From an uncultured Planctomycetales bacterium (GTDB taxonomy: Bacteria; Omnitrophota; Gorgyraeia; Gygaellales; Profunditerraquicolaceae): 64,000 bases of DNA. Where the stretch lies: NCBI GenBank assembly GCA_964545575.1, contig CAZJFL010000009.1, positions 19,574 through 83,573 of the forward strand, in the 5' to 3' direction. Under the pieces are notes generated by a model. That model saw only the letters and a program-made list of their open reading frames with translations, was not told the origin of the DNA and made no database searches. Of this stretch, positions 1-8,732 are shown in pieces. Within the stretch, counting starts at the first letter, position 1; each line of letters starts with the position of its first letter. Made by a program: the position numbers and the translations under genes.

Positions 1-447
1 GTTTTGGTAGGCTCGATAGCGTTGCTTGCTGATTGGACCAGGCGGTCACTTTTTTTCGGAAACCGGCGCTCCAGCCGCCGCAGCGAAGGCGGAGGCGGTT
101 ACATTGCCTTGGTGATATTGGCAATTTGGCTGATTACCGTGATTTTGGCTCCGATATTGTCGCAGCTAATGGCAATGTGTGTTTCGCGTAAGCGCGAATA
201 TTTAGCCGATGCTTCCGGAGCAGAGCTGACACGTAATCCTCTGGCATTAGCCAGTGCCTTAGAAAAAATCAGCTCTCATGAGGGCCCCACGCGCTCGATT
301 AATCAGGGCACTGCGCATTTATGTATCTGCGACCCCAAAGGCACGGCTCTTGGGATGAAAGAGGGGGGGATGGCGAATTTATTCGCTACCCATCCGCCGA
401 TAGATAAGCGGATAGAGGCATTGCGGCAAATGGCTTATATAAAATAA
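1..447 (+). CDS. htpX: HtpX/M48 zinc metalloprotease, C-terminal part (5' truncated by window)
   Basis: SRKREYLADA..A.LT.NP..LA.AL.KI and LFATHPP...RI motifs. Confidence 0.85.
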   Translation, partial: VLVGSIALLADWTRRSLFFGNRRSSRRSEGGGGYIALVILAIWLITVILAPILSQLMAMCVSRKREYLADASGAELTRNPLALASALEKISSHEGPTRSINQGTAHLCICDPKGTALGMKEGGMANLFATHPPIDKRIEALRQMAYIK

Positions 448-458
448 CGGAGGTTAAT

Positions 459-1337
459 ATGTTTAAAGGCTCAATTGTAGCCATAGTCACGCCATTTCGA
501 AACGGTAAAGTTGATGAGCAAAAATTAAGAGACCTGATTGAATTCCAGATTAAAAATGGGACTTCCGGAATTGTGCCTTGCGGAACGACGGGTGAGTCGG
601 CAACGCTCTCTTTTGCTGAGCATGACCACGTCATTGAAGTTACCATCGATCAGGTTAAAAAAAGAGTCCCGGTAATTGCCGGTACCGGTTCTAACTCTAC
701 CGAAGAAGCCATCATGCTCACTAAACATGCGGAAAAAGCCGGAGCGGATGCGTCATTACAGGTTTCTCCGTACTATAACCGGCCAACGCAAAAAGGCCTC
801 TATGAGCATTTTAAAGCTATTGCCGCTGCAGTAAAAATACCGATTATCCTTTATAATATTGCTTCACGCACCGGAGTGAACATTGAGCCGGAGACCATTG
901 CCAGATTATCCCGTGACTGCAAAAATATCGTGGGCGTAAAAGAGGCATCCGGCAGCCTTGACCAGATGGCGCGCATTAAACAATTATGCAGTCCGGATTT
1001 TCAGCTGATTTCCGGTGATGACAGCCTTACCCTTCCGGTATTGGGTATCGGAGGTATAGGGATTATTTCGGTTGTGGCCAATATCGCCCCGCGCGACGTA
1101 GCAAATTTAGTGGCGGAATTTGAAAAAGGAAATATCAAAAAGGCGCAGGAGTTACACTATAAATTATTACCCTTGATCAAAGCAGTATTCCTGGAGACTA
1201 ATCCTATTCCGGTGAAGACCGCGATGGGTTTAATGGGTATGTGCGAGCCGGATCTAAGGCTGCCGATGTGCTCAATGCTACCGGAGAATCTGGAGAAACT
1301 CAAAATTGCATTGAAAAATTACGGACTATTGAAATAA
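459..1337 (+). CDS. dapA: 4-hydroxy-tetrahydrodipicolinate synthase
   Basis: GTTGESATL, YNIASRTG, GVKEASG motifs; SD GGAGG upstream. Confidence 0.97.
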   Translation: MFKGSIVAIVTPFRNGKVDEQKLRDLIEFQIKNGTSGIVPCGTTGESATLSFAEHDHVIEVTIDQVKKRVPVIAGTGSNSTEEAIMLTKHAEKAGADASLQVSPYYNRPTQKGLYEHFKAIAAAVKIPIILYNIASRTGVNIEPETIARLSRDCKNIVGVKEASGSLDQMARIKQLCSPDFQLISGDDSLTLPVLGIGGIGIISVVANIAPRDVANLVAEFEKGNIKKAQELHYKLLPLIKAVFLETNPIPVKTAMGLMGMCEPDLRLPMCSMLPENLEKLKIALKNYGLLK

Positions 1338-1415
1338 AACCAGCCTCTGGCGTATTGGTTTTATTTCATCCCGAGCTTTTGCAGAGGGACTACCGAAATA
1401 AAAAGCGAGGATTAT

Positions 1416-2129
1416 ATGATTAAGCTTGGAATTGCCGGTGTTTGCGGAAAAATGGGCAGGCGTATTTATGAATTAGCCTCTCGTGATAAAGATTTCGAGG
1501 TGGCCTTAGCTTTGGAGAAAAAAGGCACGCCTGTGATCGGGAAAGAATTAGGAAAAATTAAAGTTTCCTCTAGCCCGGACGGATTGTTTCTGGTGGATGT
1601 ATTCGTGGATTTTACGGCACCCGAAGGGACGGAGGTAAATTTAGACTATGTAGCAAGGTATAAAAAAGCGCTGGTGTTAGGTACCACCGGCTTAAGCGAA
1701 GCACAGATTCAGAAAGTCGAAGATATCGCAAAAATCGTGCCGGTAGTGTTTTCTCCTAACATGGCGATCGGAGTGAATGTATTATTTGCCATGCTGCCGG
1801 AAATCGCCAAAAGATTAGGCCCGGATTATAGTATTGAAATAGTAGAGGCGCACCACAGGGGCAAAAAAGACGCGCCTTCTGGTACGGCGAAAAAATTCTC
1901 CCAGATTTTAGCTGATACTACCCGTAAAGAAATCCCGACACACGCGATTAGATTAGGGGATATCGTGGGAGATCATACGATTATCTTCTGCGGTAATTCC
2001 GAGCGCATTGAGATCAAACATCAGGCGCATACGCGGGATTTGTTTGCGCTGGGGGCATTGAAAGCAGCAAAATGGATTATGGGTAAGCAGCCGGGATTAT
2101 ATTCGATGCAGGATGTGTTGAAAGGATAA
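1416..2129 (+). CDS. dapB: 4-hydroxy-tetrahydrodipicolinate reductase
   Basis: GxxGKMG, GTTG, EAHHRGKKDAPSGTA motifs. Confidence 0.97.
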   Translation: MIKLGIAGVCGKMGRRIYELASRDKDFEVALALEKKGTPVIGKELGKIKVSSSPDGLFLVDVFVDFTAPEGTEVNLDYVARYKKALVLGTTGLSEAQIQKVEDIAKIVPVVFSPNMAIGVNVLFAMLPEIAKRLGPDYSIEIVEAHHRGKKDAPSGTAKKFSQILADTTRKEIPTHAIRLGDIVGDHTIIFCGNSERIEIKHQAHTRDLFALGALKAAKWIMGKQPGLYSMQDVLKG

Positions 2130-2131
2130 AA

Positions 2132-3289
2132 ATGTTTAAGCCCTCGAAAAAATTACAATCGCTGCCGCCGTATTTGTTTGTGGAGATTGATAAGGCCAAA
2201 AGGAAAGCGCGCGCGGAAGGAAGAGATATTATTGATTTAGGGATTGGCGACCCGGATCTGCCGACGCCGCGACATATTATTGAGGCGCTTTATCAGGCAG
2301 CGCAGGATCCGGCCACGCACCGCTATGCCTTGGATCAGGGGATGCCGGCGTTACGCCGCACTATCGAAGGCTGGTATCAGCGAAGATTCGGCGTCAATCT
2401 TAATCCGGATACGGAAATTCTTCCTTTAATCGGCTCAAAAGAGGGAATCGCGCATTTTTCTTTAGCATTTTTAAATCAAGGAGATTATTCCCTGGTGCCT
2501 GATCCCTGTTATCCGCCTTATAAAGGTGGAACGATTTTAGCCGGAGGCAGGCCGTATTCTATGCCCCTTTTACCAGAAAATGAATTCCTGCCGGACTTAA
2601 GAAAAATTCCTTTGATCATACGTAAAAGAGCAAAAATAATTTACATTAATTATCCTAATAACCCCACTTCGGCAACTGCCGAAATTGATTTTTACCGCCG
2701 GGTGGTGGAATTTGCCCAAAAAAATAAGCTGATTGTGATTTCTGATTTGGCTTATTCAGAGATGAGCTATGACGGCTACCAGCCATCGAGTTTCCTGGAG
2801 GTTGAGGGCGCCAGAGAAGTGGGTATCGAGTTTCATTCGCTTTCTAAAACCTATAATATGACCGGTTGGCGCATCGGTTGGGCTTGCGGCAATGCTAATT
2901 TAGTGGCAGCCTTAGCAAAAGTCAAATCTAATGTCGACTCCGGGATATTTTCTGCTGTGCAGCTGGCAGGTATTGCTGCTTTGGAAGGCCCGCAGGATCA
3001 CCTGCATAAAATGTGCGAGATTTATCAGGAAAGGCGGAATATTCTCGTAGAGGGCTTGAAATCTTTGGGCTGGCATGCTGAAAAACCAAAAGCCACATTT
3101 TACGTTTGGATTAAAACACCTAAAAGCTCGCATTCCATACACTTTGCGCAAACCTTACTGGATAAAGCTAATATTGTGGCAACACCCGGAGTGGGCTTTG
3201 GCAGATTTGGCGAAGGTTACATCCGCATGGCTCTGACCGTGCCAAAAGAAAGAATCAAAGAGGCGGTGGAGCGGATCAGGAAATTATGA
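2132..3289 (+). CDS. dapL: LL-diaminopimelate aminotransferase (class I/II PLP enzyme)
   Basis: DLGIGDPD, LIGSKEG, YPNNPT, SLSKTYNMTGWRIG; follows dapAB. Confidence 0.85.
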   Translation: MFKPSKKLQSLPPYLFVEIDKAKRKARAEGRDIIDLGIGDPDLPTPRHIIEALYQAAQDPATHRYALDQGMPALRRTIEGWYQRRFGVNLNPDTEILPLIGSKEGIAHFSLAFLNQGDYSLVPDPCYPPYKGGTILAGGRPYSMPLLPENEFLPDLRKIPLIIRKRAKIIYINYPNNPTSATAEIDFYRRVVEFAQKNKLIVISDLAYSEMSYDGYQPSSFLEVEGAREVGIEFHSLSKTYNMTGWRIGWACGNANLVAALAKVKSNVDSGIFSAVQLAGIAALEGPQDHLHKMCEIYQERRNILVEGLKSLGWHAEKPKATFYVWIKTPKSSHSIHFAQTLLDKANIVATPGVGFGRFGEGYIRMALTVPKERIKEAVERIRKL

Positions 3290-3687
3290 CCGTCTGTTTT
3301 TTAGGTATAGGTTCAAATTTGGGCAACCGCTATAAAAATATAAAATTGGCACTAGAAAAAATCAACCGTTTGAAAGATACACAAATCCTGGAAAGTTCCC
3401 GGATTATCGAAAGCGAGCCTGTGGGCGGCCCGCTTGAGCAAGGTAAATTCCTTAACGCTGTTTTAAAGATGAGGACAGCGCTCTCGCCGTCCCTCCTCCT
3501 TAAAAAATTAAAAAATATCGAAAAGGAATTGGGCCGTATTAAGTCGGTACGTTTCGGACCGCGCGCGATTGATTTAGATATTTTATTATACGGTGATAAG
3601 ATTCTTAAAAATAAGAAATTAGAGATTCCCCATCCGCGGATGTTTGCGCGGGATTTTGTAATCACGCCACTTTTAGAGATATTATGA
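3286..3687 (+). CDS. folK: 2-amino-4-hydroxy-6-hydroxymethyldihydropteridine pyrophosphokinase
   Basis: LGIGSNLG, FLNAV, GPRAIDLDILLY, IPHPRM..R.FV. Confidence 0.96.
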   Translation: MTVCFLGIGSNLGNRYKNIKLALEKINRLKDTQILESSRIIESEPVGGPLEQGKFLNAVLKMRTALSPSLLLKKLKNIEKELGRIKSVRFGPRAIDLDILLYGDKILKNKKLEIPHPRMFARDFVITPLLEIL

Positions 3688-4529
3688 AAATAATCCGCAG
3701 CATCAAACAGATGCAACAGGTTTCCCGCAAGATTCGGCAGGAGGGCAAAGCAATCGGTTTTGTGCCGACTATGGGCGCAATGCACGGGGGGCACTTAAGT
3801 CTGATCCGCCGGGCGCGTAAGGATAATGATATTGTAGTAGTTAGTATTTTTGTCAACCCCACCCAGTTCGGGTCAGGAGAAGATTTTAAAAAATACCCCC
3901 GGGTTTTTAAAAAGGATGCGGCACTGTGTAAAAAAGAAGGCGTAGATTTAATTTTCTCGCCCTCTACAGAAGCAATGTATACGCAGGATCACAAGACCCA
4001 TGTTTACGTCGAACATTTAAGCGACCGTTTATGCGGTAAATTTCGGCCCGGGCACTTCCGCGGCGTGGCAACGGTGGTAAAAAAACTTTTTAATATCGTC
4101 CGTCCCGACGTAGCTTATTTCGGCCAAAAAGATGCCCAGCAGGCAATCATCATTAAGAAGATGGTAGAGGACCTGAATATGCCGCTGGAAATAAAAGTAC
4201 TACCGACGGTGCGCGAAGAGAACGGCCTGGCGATGAGCTCGCGCAATAAATATTTATCCGCCAAAGAGAAGAGAGATGCCGTAGTTTTGTATCAGGCCTT
4301 GAGGCTGGCAGGCAGGTTGATTAAGAAGGGAAATAGAAATTACCTGGGTATTATTAAGCAGATGCGCCAGCTTATCGCTGGAAAGAAAAACATCTCGGTG
4401 CAATATATTTCAATCGTCAACTTAGAAGACTTTTTACCGGCAAAGAGGATAAAGGGTAAAATTTTAATTGCTTTAGCAGCGCATATAGGTAAAACCAGGT
4501 TAATCGATAATATAATAGTAAATGGCTAA
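3684..4529 (+). CDS. panC: pantoate--beta-alanine ligase
   Basis: FVPTMGAMHGGH, SIFVNPTQF, RPGHFRGV, FGQKDAQQ, GLAMSSRN, RLIDN. Confidence 0.97.
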   Translation: MKIIRSIKQMQQVSRKIRQEGKAIGFVPTMGAMHGGHLSLIRRARKDNDIVVVSIFVNPTQFGSGEDFKKYPRVFKKDAALCKKEGVDLIFSPSTEAMYTQDHKTHVYVEHLSDRLCGKFRPGHFRGVATVVKKLFNIVRPDVAYFGQKDAQQAIIIKKMVEDLNMPLEIKVLPTVREENGLAMSSRNKYLSAKEKRDAVVLYQALRLAGRLIKKGNRNYLGIIKQMRQLIAGKKNISVQYISIVNLEDFLPAKRIKGKILIALAAHIGKTRLIDNIIVNG

Positions 4530-5340
4530 ATTAAGGATAGGCATTGTCGGTTGCGGGGCAATAGGCTCTTCTTTGGCGAAGGTTATCTCTTTGGATTTAT
4601 CGCAGAAAGCCGAATTATGCGGATTATGCGATATAAATAGAGAGAGCGCTTTAAAGTTAGCGGTCAAAGTCGGCAATCCCAAACTAGTGATGCCGGATTT
4701 AAGGGCGTTGGTTAGAAGATCGGATTTAATCATCGAGGCGACAAAGGCAGCTTTTGCTTTTGATATTGCCAAGCAGGTTTTATCAGCAAAAAAAGATATC
4801 ATGGTGATGAGCGTAGGTGGCCTGCTCGATCGCTATAAAAAGCTTATTGAACTGGCAGAGAAAAATAAGGCTAAAATTTTTATACCTTCGGGGGCGATAT
4901 GCGGGATAGACGGGCTGAAAGGGCTATCCTCGGCAAAGATTAAAAAAGTTACTTTAACCACTAAAAAACCGCCCGAAGCATTCGCAGGTGTCGATTATAT
5001 TAAGGAAAAGAATATAAAATTAGACGGTATTACCGGTGATATGGTTATTTTTGAAGGGACTGCGGAAAACGCGGTATCGGCTTTTCCGCAAAATATCAAT
5101 GTCGCCGCTACCTTAAGCATGGCCGGTATCGGCGCCAAAAATACCGTGGTGCGTATCGTAGCTTCGCCTGGAGCCAAGAGGAATATCCACGAGGTGGAAA
5201 TAGATTCCGACGCCGGTAAAATCGTTGCCCGCACGGAAAATGTAATCCATCCGGATAATCCCAAAACCAGTTACCTGGCGGTTTTATCGGCGGTTGCTGC
5301 GCTAAAAGGGATTTTAAGTCCGATCAAAATCGGAACTTAA
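4522..5340 (+). CDS. nadX: L-aspartate dehydrogenase
   Basis: GCGAIG, PSGAICGIDG, FPQNINVAATL, HPDNPKTSYLA. Confidence 0.93.
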   Translation: MAKLRIGIVGCGAIGSSLAKVISLDLSQKAELCGLCDINRESALKLAVKVGNPKLVMPDLRALVRRSDLIIEATKAAFAFDIAKQVLSAKKDIMVMSVGGLLDRYKKLIELAEKNKAKIFIPSGAICGIDGLKGLSSAKIKKVTLTTKKPPEAFAGVDYIKEKNIKLDGITGDMVIFEGTAENAVSAFPQNINVAATLSMAGIGAKNTVVRIVASPGAKRNIHEVEIDSDAGKIVARTENVIHPDNPKTSYLAVLSAVAALKGILSPIKIGT

Positions 5341-5505
5341 GTGAGGACATAAGTTATGGAGAATATAAATTTAAATGTAACCGACATAACTTATAAGTCC
5401 GAACTTACACCGTTACCCGGCGCTTATGAAGCGAGGTAACGGTGTTAATTCGCGCATATAACTTACGTCGTGCTTCGCACTCCGTAAGTTATGCGCTCAT
5501 TAAAA
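5341..5505. repeat. BIME-like mosaic: element B (minus, ~5341-5406), hairpin C (5407-5445), element B (plus, ~5446-5505)
   Basis: Stems GACATAAGTTATG/CATAACTTATaaGTC, ACACCGTTACC/GGTAACGGTGT and GCAtaTAACTTACG/CGTAAGTTATGC; related copies at 11298-11460 and 36161-36245. Confidence 0.75.
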
Positions 5506-5527
5506 ATGAAAGGGGGTGAAACAAAAT

Positions 5528-5767
5528 ATGGCAGAGAAAGTAATGAAACTGGGAATCAAGAGAGTGAAAGGTAGCCTCTATTACCTGGACAAGAAAGGCG
5601 ATGTTTCCTGCGCCAAGATGGCCAGAGGCAAGAAAAAAGGAGGTAGCCCGAAAAAGGTAGCCAAATGCGGTATCAAGAGGAAAAAGGGTTACCTTTATTT
5701 CATTGACAAGAAAGGCGATGTCTCCTGCGCCAAGATGAAAAGAGGCGGAAAGAGAAAGAAAAGATAA
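5528..5767 (+). CDS. small, very basic protein with an internal duplication (function unknown)
   Basis: Two copies of KRxKGxLYxxDKKGDVSCAKMxRG; purine-rich SD before ATG 5528. Confidence 0.8.
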   Translation: MAEKVMKLGIKRVKGSLYYLDKKGDVSCAKMARGKKKGGSPKKVAKCGIKRKKGYLYFIDKKGDVSCAKMKRGGKRKKR

Positions 5768-5778
5768 CCGTCTCTATC

Positions 5779-5834
5779 AAAAAAGTGAGCCCCTGTAAAA
5801 TGGCTTTATCTTTATTTTGCAGGGGCTAACTTTT
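5779..5834. terminator. probable intrinsic terminator hairpin
   Basis: AAAAGTgAGCCCCTGTAAAA ... TTTTGCAGGGGCTaACTTTT inverted repeat. Confidence 0.6.
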
Positions 5835-5853
5835 CCGCTATAATTTTTACCCT

Positions 5854-6585
5854 ATGGAAGACAATATCATAATCAGAGGCGCTAAAGAGCATAACCTCAA
5901 AAATATAAATCTGAAGCTTCCCCGTAACAAGCTGATTGTAGTCACCGGGCTGTCCGGTTCCGGCAAGTCCAGCCTCGCCTTTGATACTATTTATGCCGAA
6001 GGCCAGCGCCGCTACGTGGAGAGCCTCTCTAGTTATGCCCGCCAGTTTCTGGAACAACTGCAGAAGCCCAATGTCGAATCCATAGAAGGCCTCTCTCCGG
6101 CAATCGCCATCGAGCAGAGGGCTGCGGGAGGAAATCCGCGTTCTACCGTTGCCACCCAGACAGAGATCTACGATTATCTGCGCCTGCTTTTTGCGCGTAT
6201 CGGAAGAGTAAGCTGCTATAAATGCGGCCAGCCGATAGAGCGCCAGAGCTCCCAGGAGATAGTAGGGCAGGTAATGCATCTTGCGCCGGGCACAGATATT
6301 CAGATATTAGCGCCGCTGGTCAGCGGAAGAAAAGGCGAATACCGCGAAATCTTCGGCTCAATTCAGAAATCCGGTTTTGTCAGGGTGCGCGTGGACGGCA
6401 AGATTCATGAACTGCCGGTTAAATTGAAACTGGCAAAATACAAAATCCACAATATTGAAGTGGTGGTAGACAGGCTCACCGTAAAACCAGAGATCAAAAA
6501 AAGGCTTACCGACTCGATAGAGACCGCCCTTAAAGTAGGCAAGGGCACCGTGATTGTGGCATATCGCATATCGCATATCGCATAA
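5854..6585 (+). CDS. uvrA: excinuclease UvrA, N-terminal part, ending at an in-frame TAA within a heptamer repeat
   Basis: [38 protein letters not shown]; same frame as the 6634-8700 ORF. Confidence 0.9.
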   Translation: MEDNIIIRGAKEHNLKNINLKLPRNKLIVVTGLSGSGKSSLAFDTIYAEGQRRYVESLSSYARQFLEQLQKPNVESIEGLSPAIAIEQRAAGGNPRSTVATQTEIYDYLRLLFARIGRVSCYKCGQPIERQSSQEIVGQVMHLAPGTDIQILAPLVSGRKGEYREIFGSIQKSGFVRVRVDGKIHELPVKLKLAKYKIHNIEVVVDRLTVKPEIKKRLTDSIETALKVGKGTVIVAYRISHIA

Positions 6586-6635
6586 CGCAAAACAGAAAAT
6601 GCGATTAGCGATAAGCGATTAGCGATAAGCGAAAT
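6559..6635. repeat. inverted heptamer tandem repeat (GCATATC)n ... (GCGATWA)n inside uvrA
   Basis: GCATATC x3 + GCATAAC, spacer, GCGATTA GCGATAA GCGATTA GCGATAA. Confidence 0.9.
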
Positions 6636-8700
6636 GATATTCAGCGAGCAATACGCCTGCGCCAAATGCGGTATTAATTACTCGGAGGTAGAGCCGCGTA
6701 TTTTTTCCTTTAATTCTCCTTATGGCGCTTGCCCCGAATGTAACGGCCTGGGCACAAAATTTGAGTTTGACCCGGATTTAGTGGTGCCGGATAAATTCAA
6801 ATCCATCAATGCCGGCGCCATCGAGGCCTGGAAACGCGGAGGGCGGGGCTACATTCTTTATTACCGCTGGCTGATCAGGGAATTGGCAGCGGCGCTTAAT
6901 TTTGATTTAGATGCGCCGTTTAAGGTCTTAAGCAAGGAAATCCAGCGCGCCATACTTTACGGTACGGATGAAGAAGTCAACGGCAAGCCTTTTGAAGGGG
7001 TAATCCCGCACCTGGAGAGATTATTCCGCCAGACGAAAAGCGACTATCTAAAAGAGGAGATTTCCCGCTTTATGTCCAGCCTCCCCTGTCCTGCCTGCAA
7101 AGGCGCGCGCTTGAAAAAAGAGAGCCTTGCCGTTACCGTTGGCGCTAAAAATATCTGGCGTCTCGCGCAGATGTCGGTAAAAGAGAGTTACGAGTTTTTC
7201 GAAAGTATTAAATTAAACGAAAGAGAAAAGCTTATTGCGCACGACGTATTAAAAGAGATTATCCGTAAGCTAAAGTTCTGCATAGATGTGGGCCTTAATT
7301 ATCTGACTTTGGACCGCCGGAGCTCGACGCTTTCCGGAGGCGAAGCTCAGAGAATCCGCCTGGCAACGCAGGTGGGCTCGGGATTAGTCGGCGTATTATA
7401 CATTCTGGATGAACCCAGCATCGGCCTGCATCAGAGAGACAACGCCAAATTAATCAACACGCTTCTAACCTTGCGCGACTTAGGCAATACCTTAATTGTG
7501 GTGGAACATGACGAATACACTATCCGCGCCGCAGATTATATCGTGGACTTAGGCCCTGCTGCCGGAAGGCACGGCGGAGAGATCGTTTTTGCCGGATGGC
7601 AGAAGGATTTATTGGCGCAAAAAAGTTCTCTCACTGCAAAGTACCTGCGCGGGGAGCTTAAGATAGAAGTACCTAAAATACGCCGGCCCTGGAAAGAGAA
7701 AAAATATTTAGAGATAAAAGGAGCCGGAGAACATAATCTTAAAAGTATAGATGTAAAGTTCCCCTTAGGAACGTTTATCTGCGTTACCGGAGTGTCCGGT
7801 TCAGGAAAGTCTACGTTAATTGATGAGATACTTTACCGGGGCCTGGCCCAGAAGCTGTATAAATCCAAGGATAAGCCGGGAGCGCACAAAAAAATACAGG
7901 GCGTCGAGAATATCGATAAGGTCATTGTAGTTGACCAGTCGCCGATAGGCAGGACCCCGCGCTCGAATCCGGCGACTTACACCGGAGTATTTAGCCAGAT
8001 CAGGGATATTTTTAGCCGCTTGCCCGAGGCAAGGCAGCGCGGTTATAAAGCCGGCAGGTTCTCTTTCAATCTTAAAGGCGGACGCTGCGAGGCCTGTCAG
8101 GGAGACGGGATCAAAAAAATCGAGATGCATTTTCTGCCGGATGTCTACGTCAAATGCGATGTCTGCAGAGGCGAACGTTTCAACGAAGCAACTCTGGAAG
8201 TAAAATACAAGGGTAAGTCTATCGCTAGCGTTCTGGATATGACAGTTGAGGAGGCGCTCGGCCTTTTCCAGAATATCCCCCGGATAAAAAATATTCTCCG
8301 CACACTTTATGATGTGGGCTTAGGTTATATTCAGTTAGGGCAGTTCGCCACCACCTTATCGGGAGGCGAGGCGCAGAGAGTAAAGCTATCTTCGGAATTA
8401 AGCAAGCGCGCAACCGGAAAGACCCTCTATATTCTGGATGAGCCGACCACGGGTCTACATTTTGCAGACGTGGAAAAACTGCTTGCGGTGCTGCAGAGAT
8501 TGGTGGATAAAGGTAATACCGTGATTGTCATTGAACATAACTTAGAAATAGTCAAATCCGCCGATTTTATTATAGACCTGGGGCCTGAAGGCGGAGACAG
8601 AGGCGGAGAGCTGGTGGCAAGCGGCAGCCCCGAGGATATTATTCAGAGCAGGCGTTCTTATACGGGTGAGGTTTTAAGAAACGTGTTGAAGAAGGATTAG
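6634..8700 (+). CDS. uvrA: excinuclease UvrA, C-terminal part
   Basis: [33 protein letters not shown], second [11 protein letters not shown]. Confidence 0.92.
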   Translation: MIFSEQYACAKCGINYSEVEPRIFSFNSPYGACPECNGLGTKFEFDPDLVVPDKFKSINAGAIEAWKRGGRGYILYYRWLIRELAAALNFDLDAPFKVLSKEIQRAILYGTDEEVNGKPFEGVIPHLERLFRQTKSDYLKEEISRFMSSLPCPACKGARLKKESLAVTVGAKNIWRLAQMSVKESYEFFESIKLNEREKLIAHDVLKEIIRKLKFCIDVGLNYLTLDRRSSTLSGGEAQRIRLATQVGSGLVGVLYILDEPSIGLHQRDNAKLINTLLTLRDLGNTLIVVEHDEYTIRAADYIVDLGPAAGRHGGEIVFAGWQKDLLAQKSSLTAKYLRGELKIEVPKIRRPWKEKKYLEIKGAGEHNLKSIDVKFPLGTFICVTGVSGSGKSTLIDEILYRGLAQKLYKSKDKPGAHKKIQGVENIDKVIVVDQSPIGRTPRSNPATYTGVFSQIRDIFSRLPEARQRGYKAGRFSFNLKGGRCEACQGDGIKKIEMHFLPDVYVKCDVCRGERFNEATLEVKYKGKSIASVLDMTVEEALGLFQNIPRIKNILRTLYDVGLGYIQLGQFATTLSGGEAQRVKLSSELSKRATGKTLYILDEPTTGLHFADVEKLLAVLQRLVDKGNTVIVIEHNLEIVKSADFIIDLGPEGGDRGGELVASGSPEDIIQSRRSYTGEVLRNVLKKD

Positions 8701-8732
8701 AGTAGTGGTATAGTAAATAACAAATAATAGTC

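Noticed and set aside
5812-6279. Antisense ORFs overlapping conserved genes (also 33929-34480, 38623-39084, 57422-58030 and others)
   Set aside because: Shadow frames of well-supported genes with no recognisable motifs.
6559-6635. Intein, self-splicing intron or selenocysteine/pyrrolysine recoding in uvrA
   Set aside because: The insert is only ~75 nt, lacks intein or intron motifs, and the stop is TAA, which is used normally elsewhere in the window.
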